Shown one piece after another: positions 53,928 through 63,509 of a stretch of 64,000 nucleotides of DNA. The translations under genes were made by a program, and so were the position numbers. The notes under the pieces were generated by a model. It saw only the letters and a program-made list of their open reading frames with translations, had not been told where the DNA came from and did no database searches. The stretch spans positions 4,940-68,939 of the forward strand of contig CAVTAI010000003.1 in NCBI GenBank assembly GCA_963732655.1, in the 5' to 3' direction. This stretch comes from an uncultured Acidobacteriota bacterium. Lineage in GTDB: Bacteria > Actinomycetota > Acidimicrobiia > Acidimicrobiales > SHLQ01. Each line of letters begins with the position of its first letter. The first letter of the stretch is position 1.

Positions 53928-55760
53928 ATGAACCCAGCGCTCGACACCATCCTGCTCGAGGTGCGCACCACCACCCCGGCGCTCGATCGCCTCAGCCCAC
54001 CCCCTGTCCTCGATCCGGAGATCGCCGGCGACATCGACCGGCTCGAGCGCGCCATCAGCGAGTACCTGGCCGGCGACCTCGACGACGACGTCTTCCGGGT
54101 CATCCGGCTGGCCAGCGGCGTCTACGGCCAGCGCCAGGGCGGTCACAACCAGATGATCCGGGTGAAGCTGCCGTACGGCACGGTGCAGCCCGAGCAGATG
54201 GAGATGTTGGGGTACGTCGCCGACTCCTTCTCGCGTGGATGGAGCCACATCACCACCCGGCAGAACGTCCAGATGCACTTCATCCAGCTCGAGATGCTGC
54301 CCACGGCGCTTCGGTGGTTGGGTTCGGTCGGCCTCACCACCCGCGAGGCGTGCGGCGACACCGTGCGCAACATCGAAGGGTGCCACCTGGCCGGCGCCTG
54401 CCCGCACGAGAAGCTCGACATCAGCCCGTGGGCCGAAGCGGCGTTCCGGCACTTCGTCCGCAACCCGCTCGGTCAGCGGTTGCCGCGCAAGTTCAAGATG
54501 AACTTCTCCGGGTGCTCGACGGACTGCGGCCAGGCCATGTTCAACGACGTCGGTGTCGTGGCCACGACCCGCACGCTCGACGACGGCACGGTCGAGTCGG
54601 GCTTCAAGGTGTACATCGCCGGTGGTCTGGGCGCGAACCCGCATCCGGCGTTGGCGCTGGAAGACTTCACTCACCGCGAGGACCTCCTCCCCACGCTGGA
54701 GGCCTGCCTGCGGGTGTTCGATCAGGCCGGCAACCGGGACAACAAGCTGCGGGCCCGGATGAAGTGGCTGGTCGACAGCATCGGGTTCGAGGAGCTGCAG
54801 CGCCGCATCTTCGCCTCCCGGCGCCTGCTCCGGGCGTCGTCGTCGTGGCCCGGCGGCATCCCGACCGAGGTCGAGCTGCTCGGTGACAGCCCGGCCGGTC
54901 GAGCGGCGGCCGGTGAGGTGACGGCGATGGGCCACGGCACCCCGGTCTTCGTCGGGCGCGGTACCCCGTACGAGCGGTGGATGGCCGCCAACGTCGTGCG
55001 CGGAGCCGCCAAGGGCACGGTCTCGGCGTACGCCTGGGCCGACCTGGGGGACCTGACGTCCGACCAGCTTCGGGCTCTCGCGGCCATCCAGCGGGACCTC
55101 GGGTCGTCGGTGCGGTTCACGAACCGCCAGAACCTGGTCTTCCGGGATCTCACCGAGGAGCAGCTGCCGGTGCTGTACGGACGCCTCGAAGCCATCGGCA
55201 TGGCCCGGCCGGGAGCCGAACTGGTGCGCGACGTCGTGTCGTGCCCCGGCGCCGACACGTGCAACCTGGCCGTCACCCAGAGCCGCGGCTTGGCCAAGGC
55301 CATCGGTGACCGGTTGGAGGAGGAAGGCCTGGGCGAGATCGGCGGTCTCCGCATCAACATCTCCGGCTGCATGAACTCGTGCGGCCAACACCACGTCGCC
55401 GACATCGGCTTCTTCGGCCTCGAGCGACGCGCCCACGGCCAGGCCGCGCCTGGTTATCAGATGCTGCTCGGCGGCCATCTGGCCGAGGAACGAGTCGAGT
55501 TCGGCGACAAGGCCCTGCGCCTGCCGGCCAAGAAGGCCCCCGAGGCCGCCGTGCGGGTCGTTCGCCGCTTCGCCGAGGAGCGCTCAGCTGGTGAGTCGTT
55601 CCGTGGTTGGCTCGACCGTTCGGGTGGTGTAGCCACACTGGCGGGCACGCTGAAGGACCTCGACACGTTCGAGCCGCCGGCGGACAACCCCGGGCTCTAC
55701 ATCGACTACGACGAGACGGGCCCCTACATCGCCGAGACCGGGGAATCGGAATGTGCATGA
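53928..55760 (+). CDS. Ferredoxin-dependent sulfite reductase (nitrite/sulfite reductase hemoprotein family)
   Basis: Start at ATG 53928 with GAGGAGG upstream. Siroheme / 4Fe-4S Cys motifs CPGADTCNLA and SGCMNSCGQHH. Confidence 0.9.
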   Translation: MNPALDTILLEVRTTTPALDRLSPPPVLDPEIAGDIDRLERAISEYLAGDLDDDVFRVIRLASGVYGQRQGGHNQMIRVKLPYGTVQPEQMEMLGYVADSFSRGWSHITTRQNVQMHFIQLEMLPTALRWLGSVGLTTREACGDTVRNIEGCHLAGACPHEKLDISPWAEAAFRHFVRNPLGQRLPRKFKMNFSGCSTDCGQAMFNDVGVVATTRTLDDGTVESGFKVYIAGGLGANPHPALALEDFTHREDLLPTLEACLRVFDQAGNRDNKLRARMKWLVDSIGFEELQRRIFASRRLLRASSSWPGGIPTEVELLGDSPAGRAAAGEVTAMGHGTPVFVGRGTPYERWMAANVVRGAAKGTVSAYAWADLGDLTSDQLRALAAIQRDLGSSVRFTNRQNLVFRDLTEEQLPVLYGRLEAIGMARPGAELVRDVVSCPGADTCNLAVTQSRGLAKAIGDRLEEEGLGEIGGLRINISGCMNSCGQHHVADIGFFGLERRAHGQAAPGYQMLLGGHLAEERVEFGDKALRLPAKKAPEAAVRVVRRFAEERSAGESFRGWLDRSGGVATLAGTLKDLDTFEPPADNPGLYIDYDETGPYIAETGESECA

Positions 55761-55793
55761 GACTCGTTGCGGAACCGGAGGTTCTGGGTCGCC

Positions 55794-56878
55794 TCAGGCG
55801 CTCTCGGGGGTTCGCCACTCGCGTATCAAGATCTTGACTGCTCCTACGAGTGGGGTGGCCACGATGGCTCCTGGTACGCCGGCCGCCGCTCCGCCGACGA
55901 GGGCGGCGATCATTGATGTCGGTGGAGTGAGATCGACGGCGCGGCCCACGATCGCCGGTTGGATCACGTGGTTCTCCAGGTTCATGTAGATCACGAACGC
56001 GACGATCGCCACGACCCCCGGGACGGCCCCTTGGGAGATGGCGAGCACGCCGAACAGCGTGCCGCCGAGCAGACCGCCCACCTGCGGGATCAGGCTCGTC
56101 AACATCGCCCACAGGGCCGCCGCCGGGGCGAGCGGCACGTCGAGCAGCAGCCCGACCGTGAGGACGTACAGGCCCATCAGCGCGGCGACGGTGAGCGATC
56201 CGCCGAAGTACCGCCCGAACGTCTCGTACACGACCCGGCCGACGTGGTTCGCGCGGGTCGATGATCGTCGGGTACCAGGCTGCCGATCAGAGCCACGAGC
56301 CGTTCGCCGTCGAGCAGGACGGCGATGGTCACCAGAGCAACAGCCACGGCGGCTGACGCACCGCCGACGAGGTCGTCGACCACGCCAGACACGGCATCGT
56401 CGTCGACCCGGCTGGGGAGCTCGTCGACCCACTCGACGACCTTGTCCGCCGCGTCGGCCCGTTCGAGCCGATCGCCGATGATCGGGAAGTCGTAGAAGTC
56501 GCGCACCGTCTCGGGTATGTCATCGCGGAAGCTCCGGGCCTGATCGATGGCGGTCGGCCCGAGCAGCGCCACAACGGCTGACAGCAACGACACGAGGCCG
56601 AGTCCGCAGAGACCGACGGCGACGGCGCGCCGGCAGCCGAGTCGGCCCTGGATCCGCTCGACGAGCGGGTTCAGCGCCAAGGCCAGCACGATCCCGACTG
56701 CCACCCACGTCAACGCGCTCGACGCCTGGCGCACGAGACCGTACGCCGCGGCGCCGACGAGGAGGGCGGCAAACACCCCGACGTAGGTGCCGAGGTCGAA
56801 GCGCACGCGGGTGGCACCCACGGCCGCTCGATCGAGATCGGCGGGCTCGGCGGCGGGTGTCCGCGGTCGGGAAGGCAC
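55794..56878 (-). pseudogene. AI-2E (PerM/YhhT) family transporter, interrupted by a 1-nt frameshift near 56255..56257
   Basis: The upstream piece ...ERLVALIGSLVPDDHRP runs into junk. The adjacent frame continues RANHVGRVVYETFGRYFGGSLTVAALMGLYV...IPQVGGLLGG.... The track shows the pieces as 56177..56920 and 55794..56432. The 5' start is uncertain. Confidence 0.75.
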
Positions 56879-56898
56879 GGTGTCCGTACCATAGGGCG

Positions 56899-57966
56899 AT
56901 GACCAGCACGGATGGCGCACGCTCGACCGGGATGGGGATCCACGTCAGCTTCGCCGCGGTCCTGGGCCTGGTGGCCACGGTGCTGGCCGCCTTGCTCGCC
57001 GGAAACGTGTTCATGGCCGCTCATCGCACGGTCGGCTGGGTGGTGGCCTGTGCCGTGGTGGCGGTGCTGGTGGCGCCGATCATCGCCGTGCTCGATCGGT
57101 TCATGCCCCGCGCGCTGGCCGTGGTGCTGACCTTCCTGGGTGGGTTCGCGCTGGTCGCCTCGTTGTGGGCGGGGGTGTTCGCCGACGTTCGTGGGGAGGT
57201 CGACGACCTCAAGCGTGACGCGCCCCGGGCCGCCGAGTCGATCGAACGTCGTTCCGAGCTCGCCCGCGAGTTCGAGCTGGCCGACCGGGTGCGGGGCGTC
57301 GTCGACGCGCTCGACGAACGGGTGGGCGGCACGGAGGAGGTCTTGGTCGAGACGGCCGGGACGGTGCCGACCTACGCCGTGACGGGGATCCTCACCCTCT
57401 TCCTCCTGATCTACGGGCGCCGGTACGTCGACGGGGGATTCGCCCGCATCTCGGATCCCGCCCGTCAGGAGCAGTGGCGGGGAATCCTGACTCGATCGCT
57501 GCGCCGGGCCCGGCGGTACGTGTTGTTCGCCCTCGCCGAGGCCGTCGTGGTCGGAGCCATCGCGTACGGGGTGGCTCGCCTGCTCGAGCTCGACGGGGCT
57601 CTGGTGCTGGCGGCCATCGTCGGCGGATTGAGCACGATCCCGATCATCGGCATCGTGGTCGGGTCGGTGCCCCTGCTGCTCGTGACGGCGGGATTCGAGC
57701 CGGCCTCGACCGCCGTGCTCGTCGGCTCGGGATTCCTCCTGCTCCAGGTCCTCGACGCCGTCGTGGTGTGGCGCCGGGTGGATCGTCACACGGTCGAGGT
57801 GGGACCGGCGATCTTCGTGATCGTCTGGCTGATCGGCTTCGACCTCTACGGCATCGGCGGTGCGGTGTACGGCGTCGTGCTGGCGGTGTTCGGCGTGGCG
57901 GTCACAGACACCCTGGCCGAGACTCGGACCGCCTCGCCTCCGGCACCGGTCAACGCCCTCACCTGA
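56899..57966 (+). CDS. AI-2E (PerM/YhhT) family transporter
   Basis: Start at ATG 56899. Multiple TM helices and the family-like IPIIGIVVGSVPLLLV segment. Divergent from its paralog. Confidence 0.8.
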   Translation: MTSTDGARSTGMGIHVSFAAVLGLVATVLAALLAGNVFMAAHRTVGWVVACAVVAVLVAPIIAVLDRFMPRALAVVLTFLGGFALVASLWAGVFADVRGEVDDLKRDAPRAAESIERRSELAREFELADRVRGVVDALDERVGGTEEVLVETAGTVPTYAVTGILTLFLLIYGRRYVDGGFARISDPARQEQWRGILTRSLRRARRYVLFALAEAVVVGAIAYGVARLLELDGALVLAAIVGGLSTIPIIGIVVGSVPLLLVTAGFEPASTAVLVGSGFLLLQVLDAVVVWRRVDRHTVEVGPAIFVIVWLIGFDLYGIGGAVYGVVLAVFGVAVTDTLAETRTASPPAPVNALT

Positions 57967-57985
57967 CCGGTGCTTCGGGCGGTCC

Positions 57986-59173
57986 TCAAGCGGGGACGAG
58001 CACGGCGGCGAGGTGCAGGGCGACGCCGGTCCGCAGGGCTGATTCGTCGATGCGCATGCGGTTGGAGTGACACGGCGCAGCGGTGCTCGGGTCGGCGATG
58101 TCGGTGGGACAGGCGCCGAGGAGGGCCATGCACCCGGGCACGCCCTGGAGGATGTAGCTGAAGTCTTCGGCCCCCATCACGGGGTGCGGGAGCTCGACGT
58201 ACCGGTCGGGGCCGAGCACCTTCCGAGCAGCTGTCGCCACTGCGGCGGCCTGGCCCGCATCGTTGACCGTGACCGGATACCCGGGTTCGATGCGGACCTC
58301 GGCTCGACAGTCGTGGGCGGCGGCGATGGCGTGGGCGGTTCGCTCGAGGCGTTCGTGGATGCGGGTCCGGGTGCCTTCGGCGACGGCGCGGATCGTGCCT
58401 TCGAACCAGGCGGTCTCGGGGATGACGTTGTGGGTCGTGCCGGCCTGGATGTGAGTGACCGACACCAGCCCGGGCGCGAAGGCGTCGATCTCGCGACCGA
58501 TCATCGTCTGGAACGCCCCGACCATGGCGCAGGCCGGCGGGATGGGATCGACACAGAAGTGGGGCGTGGACGCGTGACCACCGGATCCGATCACGGTGAC
58601 CTGGAACTCGTCCGCCGAGGCCATGATGGCGCCTGGTCTGGTGGCGGCCATGCCGGACGGCAGGTTGGGCGTGATGTGGAGAGCGAAGGCGCGATCGACG
58701 CCGGCCAGCACGCCCTGATCCACCATCAGCGCGGCGCCGCCGTGGCCCTCCTCACCCGGTTGGAACATGAACCGCACCCGGCCCCGAAACTCCGAACGCT
58801 GCTCCGAGAGCGCTCGGGCGGCACCGACGAGCATCGCCACGTGGGCGTCGTGCCCGCACGCATGGGCGGCCGACTCGACGGTGGACCGGAACGGTTCTTC
58901 GCTGTCCTCGGTCATGGGGAGGGCGTCGGTATCGGCCCGGAGGAGGACGGTGGGACCGGGGCGACCGGAGTCGAGGTCGGCGACGATCGACGTCAGATCG
59001 TCACCCGTGCTGATGTCGAGGCCGAGTCCGTCGAGCGCCGACAAGATGACCGACTGCGTGCGCGGATTGTGCAGGCCGATCTCGGGGTGCGCGTGGATGT
59101 CCCGGCGGATCGCCACCATGTCGGCGTGAAGTGGATCGGAGAGGGAGGCGAGGATCTCGGCGAGCGCGGGCAT
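57986..59173 (-). CDS. M20-family amidohydrolase (N-acyl-amino-acid / hippurate hydrolase type)
   Basis: IRRDIHAHPEIG, ADTDALPM, HACGHDAH, FQPGEEG motifs. Confidence 0.88.
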   Translation of the reverse strand: MPALAEILASLSDPLHADMVAIRRDIHAHPEIGLHNPRTQSVILSALDGLGLDISTGDDLTSIVADLDSGRPGPTVLLRADTDALPMTEDSEEPFRSTVESAAHACGHDAHVAMLVGAARALSEQRSEFRGRVRFMFQPGEEGHGGAALMVDQGVLAGVDRAFALHITPNLPSGMAATRPGAIMASADEFQVTVIGSGGHASTPHFCVDPIPPACAMVGAFQTMIGREIDAFAPGLVSVTHIQAGTTHNVIPETAWFEGTIRAVAEGTRTRIHERLERTAHAIAAAHDCRAEVRIEPGYPVTVNDAGQAAAVATAARKVLGPDRYVELPHPVMGAEDFSYILQGVPGCMALLGACPTDIADPSTAAPCHSNRMRIDESALRTGVALHLAAVLVPA

Positions 59174-59212
59174 CGCCGAACGTTAGCTCCGGACGCGAAG
59201 CGGCATCTCCTG
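59157..59212. repeat. 56-bp direct repeat, copy A (spans the M20 start codon and a relic tesB 3' end)
   Basis: 50 of 56 positions are identical to 59896..59951 by hand alignment. Confidence 0.85.
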
Positions 59213-59307
59213 AACGTGTACGCCGACAGGCGTCGCGTGTTTACAAGCGGGCCCACGGGTGTTAGAGGTTGAGGTGGATAGGCGCGCCATCAGCCCTGGG
59301 GGACCAC

Positions 59308-59886
59308 ATGCCGATCATCGAACCGATTCCGCTCGACCAACTGCCGCCACGATCTCGCGAGATCATCGAAGGCGGCGTGGCCGAGGGCCTCTACGCCACT
59401 CCCTTGCCGCTTCAGGTCTTCGCCTATCGGAGCGCCCTGCTCGAGTCGATGCACGCCAAGCGGATCGCTCGGAACGAGCCGAGCCTGCTCGGCGGTCGCA
59501 TCCACGAGCTCCTGCGCATACGCAGTGCCCAGCTCGGTGAGTGCCAGCCGTGCATGCAGTCGCGCAAGCACGATTCCATCACCGACGACGACATCGCCTG
59601 CCTGATCGGTGACGAACGGACGGACCTCGACCCGCAGGAACGCCTGGCCCTTCGATTCATCGATCTGCTGTCGGACGACCATCACGCCATCGACGCCAAC
59701 TTCTACGGCGAGCTGGCTGAGGTATTCTCCACCGCCCAGATCGTGGAACTCGGTATCGGGTGTGCCGAGATGATCGGGGTGCACCGGTTCATCCACACGC
59801 TTGACATCTTCGGTAGCGGTGAGCCGACCATTGCCTTCGACCCTGACCAGATCGACGCCCGCGCCGAGGCCGACGCCACGGTCTGA
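59308..59886 (+). CDS. Carboxymuconolactone-decarboxylase (AhpD-like) family protein
   Basis: Start at ATG 59308 with GGGGGA upstream. The CxxC motif GECQPC sits in an all-helical protein. Family-level call only. Confidence 0.8.
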   Translation: MPIIEPIPLDQLPPRSREIIEGGVAEGLYATPLPLQVFAYRSALLESMHAKRIARNEPSLLGGRIHELLRIRSAQLGECQPCMQSRKHDSITDDDIACLIGDERTDLDPQERLALRFIDLLSDDHHAIDANFYGELAEVFSTAQIVELGIGCAEMIGVHRFIHTLDIFGSGEPTIAFDPDQIDARAEADATV

Positions 59887-59895
59887 CCGTCCCGG

Positions 59896-59951
59896 TCGGC
59901 GAGAGCGGGCTTCGCCGAACGTCAGGTCCGGACGCGAAGCAGTATCTCCTG
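59896..59951. repeat. 56-bp direct repeat, copy B (spans the tesB stop codon and a relic M20 5' end)
   Basis: See 59157..59212. In this copy the M20 ATG position reads AAG, while the tesB stop (TGA, 59922..59924) is functional. Confidence 0.85.
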
Positions 59952-60725
59952 CGCCAGCGTGGCGGCATGGGTGCCATCAGCGGCATGGATGTGTCCGAGC
60001 GACAGGCCTCGCACGCTGACCAGGCCGTGGCCGGTCACGTCGTGGAGCTGCCACTCATCGGCTCGGATCGGCCGATGGAACCAGACGCTGTGGTCGATGC
60101 TGGCGTCGACGAAGAGCTCGTGATTGCCGGGCTCGGCCCGCGGGTGGAGCGACCGGCTGGCCTCCACCGGCGTCTCGTCGGACAGGAACGCGACGCCGCA
60201 CGCGTGCAGCACCGGGTCGTCGCCGAGGTCGCCCGTCAGGCGAAGCCACGTGGCGGCCCGGCCTCCGACGGGGCTCACCGCGTGCCGCCGTTCGAGCACA
60301 TCCGTCCATGTCTCCGAGCTCGGTTCGTCGTCGGGCAACGCCAAGGTGGGGTCGAGAACCGCAGCGGGAAGATCGGTGCCCACCTCGGGGCGTTGGAACG
60401 ACGCCGACATGGTGAAGATGGCGCCGCTCGACTGGCGGGCGGTGACCTGCCGAGTCGAGAACGATCGCCCGTCGCGGAGTCGATCGACCTCGTATCGGAT
60501 GGGTTCGCTCAGGTCGCCGCCCCGCATGAAGTAACCGTGGAGGGAGTGCACCGCGAGCGATGAGTCCGGTGCGGTCGGGGCCGGCAGGCAGGAGTAGGCG
60601 GCGCGCAGGGCTTGGGCGACCACCTGACCGCCGTAGACGCGTCCCCACGGCGTCGGTTCGTTGACCCCGAGGAACGTGTCCGGGCCGTGGGGTTCGAGGT
60701 CGAGCAATTCCCGGAATGCGACCAC
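59922..60725 (-). CDS. tesB: Acyl-CoA thioesterase II
   Basis: RVYGGQVVAQAL..., double hot-dog pattern, 267 aa, GTG start. Confidence 0.88.
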   Translation of the reverse strand: MVAFRELLDLEPHGPDTFLGVNEPTPWGRVYGGQVVAQALRAAYSCLPAPTAPDSSLAVHSLHGYFMRGGDLSEPIRYEVDRLRDGRSFSTRQVTARQSSGAIFTMSASFQRPEVGTDLPAAVLDPTLALPDDEPSSETWTDVLERRHAVSPVGGRAATWLRLTGDLGDDPVLHACGVAFLSDETPVEASRSLHPRAEPGNHELFVDASIDHSVWFHRPIRADEWQLHDVTGHGLVSVRGLSLGHIHAADGTHAATLAQEILLRVRT

Positions 60726-60733
60726 GCCGGGCC

Positions 60734-61774
60734 TCAGGCGGACCGGGGTCGGCGACGGCGGTTGGACGACAGTTGCGGCTCATCTCGCAGGGTGTCGGTG
60801 GGGTCGAGATCCGTCCCGGGGGAGACGAGCGCATCGAGACGATCGAGCAGGTCGGGGTCGAGTCGCACCTCGGCGGCCGCCAAGGCGTCCTCCAGCTGGT
60901 CGGGGGTGCGAGGGCCGATGATCACGGTGCTGACCGCCGGGTGCTCGGCGGCGAAGCCGTACGCCAGGTGGGTCAGCGGGAGCCCGGCCTCGTCGGCCAG
61001 GGCCCGGAGCTCGTCGAGCAGCTCGAACTTGTGTTGGGCGGCGCGACGTTCCGGATCGAACCGATCGCGAAAGACCCCGGGCCGGGTGGCGCGAGAGCCC
61101 TCGGGGGGCGGGGAGTCGAGCCGGTATTTACCCGTCAACCACCCACCGTTGAGCGGCCCATAGACCATCACGCCGATGCCGAATCGTTCGCACAGCGGGA
61201 AGATCTGACGCTCGGCGCTCCGGTTGAACACGTTGTACAGGCACTGCTCGGATCGGACCCGGGTCACGGCTCGGTGTTCGGCCACCCATTGGGCCTCCAC
61301 CATCTGGTCCGGCGTCGTGGCGGACATGCCGACCAGCCGCACCTTGCCGGACCGGACGAGGTCCGACATGGCCTCGAGCGACTCCTCGAGGTCGACCGAC
61401 GGATCCCGCCGGTGTAGTTGGTAGATGTCGATCCAGTCCGTGCCCAGCCGACGGAGGCTGTTCTCGACCTCACGGATGATCCAGCGCCGGGAGCCACCTC
61501 GGTGGTTCGGGTCCGAGCTCATCGGGAAGTAGACCTTGGTGGCCACGATGACGTCGTCGCGCCGGCCGGCCACGGCCTGGCCGACGATCTCCTCGGACGA
61601 ACCGCGGCTGTACACGTCGGACGTGTCGATCGTGTTGATGCCCGCGTCGAGCGAGCGGTGGATCATGCCCACGCACTCGTCCACATCGGTGTTGGCGGTG
61701 GGGCCGAACATCATGGCGCCGAGGCTGAGCGAGCTCACGCTCACGCCCGTCCGACCGAACGCTTGCATCTCCAT
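60734..61774 (-). CDS. Aldo/keto reductase
   Basis: Start at ATG 61774 (MEMQAFGRTG...). GINTIDTSDVYSRGSSEEIVG and DIYQLHRRD motifs. Confidence 0.9.
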   Translation of the reverse strand: MEMQAFGRTGVSVSSLSLGAMMFGPTANTDVDECVGMIHRSLDAGINTIDTSDVYSRGSSEEIVGQAVAGRRDDVIVATKVYFPMSSDPNHRGGSRRWIIREVENSLRRLGTDWIDIYQLHRRDPSVDLEESLEAMSDLVRSGKVRLVGMSATTPDQMVEAQWVAEHRAVTRVRSEQCLYNVFNRSAERQIFPLCERFGIGVMVYGPLNGGWLTGKYRLDSPPPEGSRATRPGVFRDRFDPERRAAQHKFELLDELRALADEAGLPLTHLAYGFAAEHPAVSTVIIGPRTPDQLEDALAAAEVRLDPDLLDRLDALVSPGTDLDPTDTLRDEPQLSSNRRRRPRSA

Positions 61775-61921
61775 CGGTGTACCCCTCTGTGCGTGGACCG
61801 TTTCGACCCGGTGAGCATTCTGACAGCTCGCACCCGAGCACGGGCACGGGCCATGCCGATGTGGAAGCATGTCGCCCACCTGGACGGCCAGTGGGGGTCC
61901 GCCAGGTGAACAGGAGGCACC

Positions 61922-63508
61922 ATGTCGGTGAAGACAAGCGCCGAGCCGAGCGCGGGCAACAAGGGCCTCAAGGCCGGCGCGCTGGGTTTGGTGGCGACCA
62001 CGGTGATCGCCGTGGCGTCGACCGCTCCCGGTTACAGCCTGGCCGCGTCCCTCGGCTTCATCACCGACGAGACGGGGGTGAAAGCGGCGTCGATCATCTG
62101 GCTCGCCTTCGTGCCCATGGCCTGCATCGCGGCCGCGTTCTACTACCTGAACAAGGCCGACGCCGATTGCGGCACGACCTTCGCCTGGGGCACGCGAGCG
62201 TTCGGTCCCCGCACCGGCTGGATCGGCAGCTGGGGCCTGATCATGGCCGACCTGGTGATCATGCCCAACCTGGCCGGGATCTCCGGGTCGTACCTGTTGC
62301 TGCTGTTCGGTCTCGAAGATCAGGCGTCGAATTTTGTGTGGGTCACCGCCCTCGGGTGCCTCTTCATCATCGCCATGACGTGGATCTGCTGGAAAGGCAT
62401 CGAGCTCTCGGCCCGCACCCAGGTGGCGCTGCTCGGCACCGAGCTGGCCGTGCTGGGGGTGTTCGCGGTCATCACGATCGCCAAGTCGTTCGGTGATGGC
62501 GCAACCCTCACCCAGGCGGTCGACCAGGGCGACGGCACCACCCTCGATACGACGTATCAGAGCGTGTCGCCGAGCCTCGACTGGCTGTGGCCCTCGGGCC
62601 TGTCGGCGAGCGCGCTCACCGCCGGGTTGGTGCTGGCCGTGTTCATCTACTGGGGTTGGGACACTGCCGTGTCCGTCAACGAGGAGTGCGAGGACTCCAA
62701 CCGCACCCCCGGGGTTGCCGCGGTGATCTCCACGTTCATCCTCCTGGCGATCTACCTGCTCGTCACGTTCGGCGCCGTGGCCTATCTGGGCCCACAGTTC
62801 CTGTCCGACAACGCGGATGATGCCCTGTACGCCGTCGGCCAGGAAAGCGTGGGCGGGTTCTTCAACAAGCTGGTGATCATCTCGATCCTCACGTCGGCGG
62901 CCGCGTCATGTCAGACCACCATCCTGCCCGCCACCCGCAGCATGCTCTCGATGGGCTCGCATGGCGCCGCCCCGCGCCGGCTGGCGTCGATCGACCGCCG
63001 TACCCTCACCCCGGCGTTCAGCACCTGGTTCTTCGGCGTCCTGTCGTGCCTGTGGTTCGTGGTGCTGGTGGTCATCCAGGAGAACACCGACACGTTGGCT
63101 TACGACGCCGCCATCGCGGGTGTCGGCATCATGATCGCCTTCTACTACGGCCTGTCCGGGTTGGCGTGCATCTGGTACTACCGGCGCTGGCTGCTCTCGA
63201 GCACCAAGTCGTTCTTCATGGTCGGCGTGCTGCCCGCCATCGGCTCGTCGATCCTCGGGTACATCATGGTCAAGACCTTGATCGACTCGTCGAAGGAGGA
63301 CTACGAGTACGGCCTCCTGTTCGGTATGGGCACCGTGTTCGTCATCGGCGTCGGGCTCATGTTGCTCGGGGTGCCCCTGATGGAATGGAACCGCGCCAAG
63401 AACCCGGCGTTCTTCACGTTCCGGCCTGATCCAGCGAGTTCGGCGCCGAACCCGATCGTCGACACGGAACCCGCCGAACCTCTCGGCACCTACCGGAAGG
63501 GGAACTGA
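61922..63508 (+). CDS. APC-superfamily amino acid permease
   Basis: 528 aa, about 12 TM helices, CAGGAGG upstream of the ATG. Confidence 0.9.
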   Translation: MSVKTSAEPSAGNKGLKAGALGLVATTVIAVASTAPGYSLAASLGFITDETGVKAASIIWLAFVPMACIAAAFYYLNKADADCGTTFAWGTRAFGPRTGWIGSWGLIMADLVIMPNLAGISGSYLLLLFGLEDQASNFVWVTALGCLFIIAMTWICWKGIELSARTQVALLGTELAVLGVFAVITIAKSFGDGATLTQAVDQGDGTTLDTTYQSVSPSLDWLWPSGLSASALTAGLVLAVFIYWGWDTAVSVNEECEDSNRTPGVAAVISTFILLAIYLLVTFGAVAYLGPQFLSDNADDALYAVGQESVGGFFNKLVIISILTSAAASCQTTILPATRSMLSMGSHGAAPRRLASIDRRTLTPAFSTWFFGVLSCLWFVVLVVIQENTDTLAYDAAIAGVGIMIAFYYGLSGLACIWYYRRWLLSSTKSFFMVGVLPAIGSSILGYIMVKTLIDSSKEDYEYGLLFGMGTVFVIGVGLMLLGVPLMEWNRAKNPAFFTFRPDPASSAPNPIVDTEPAEPLGTYRKGN

Positions 63509-63509
63509 C

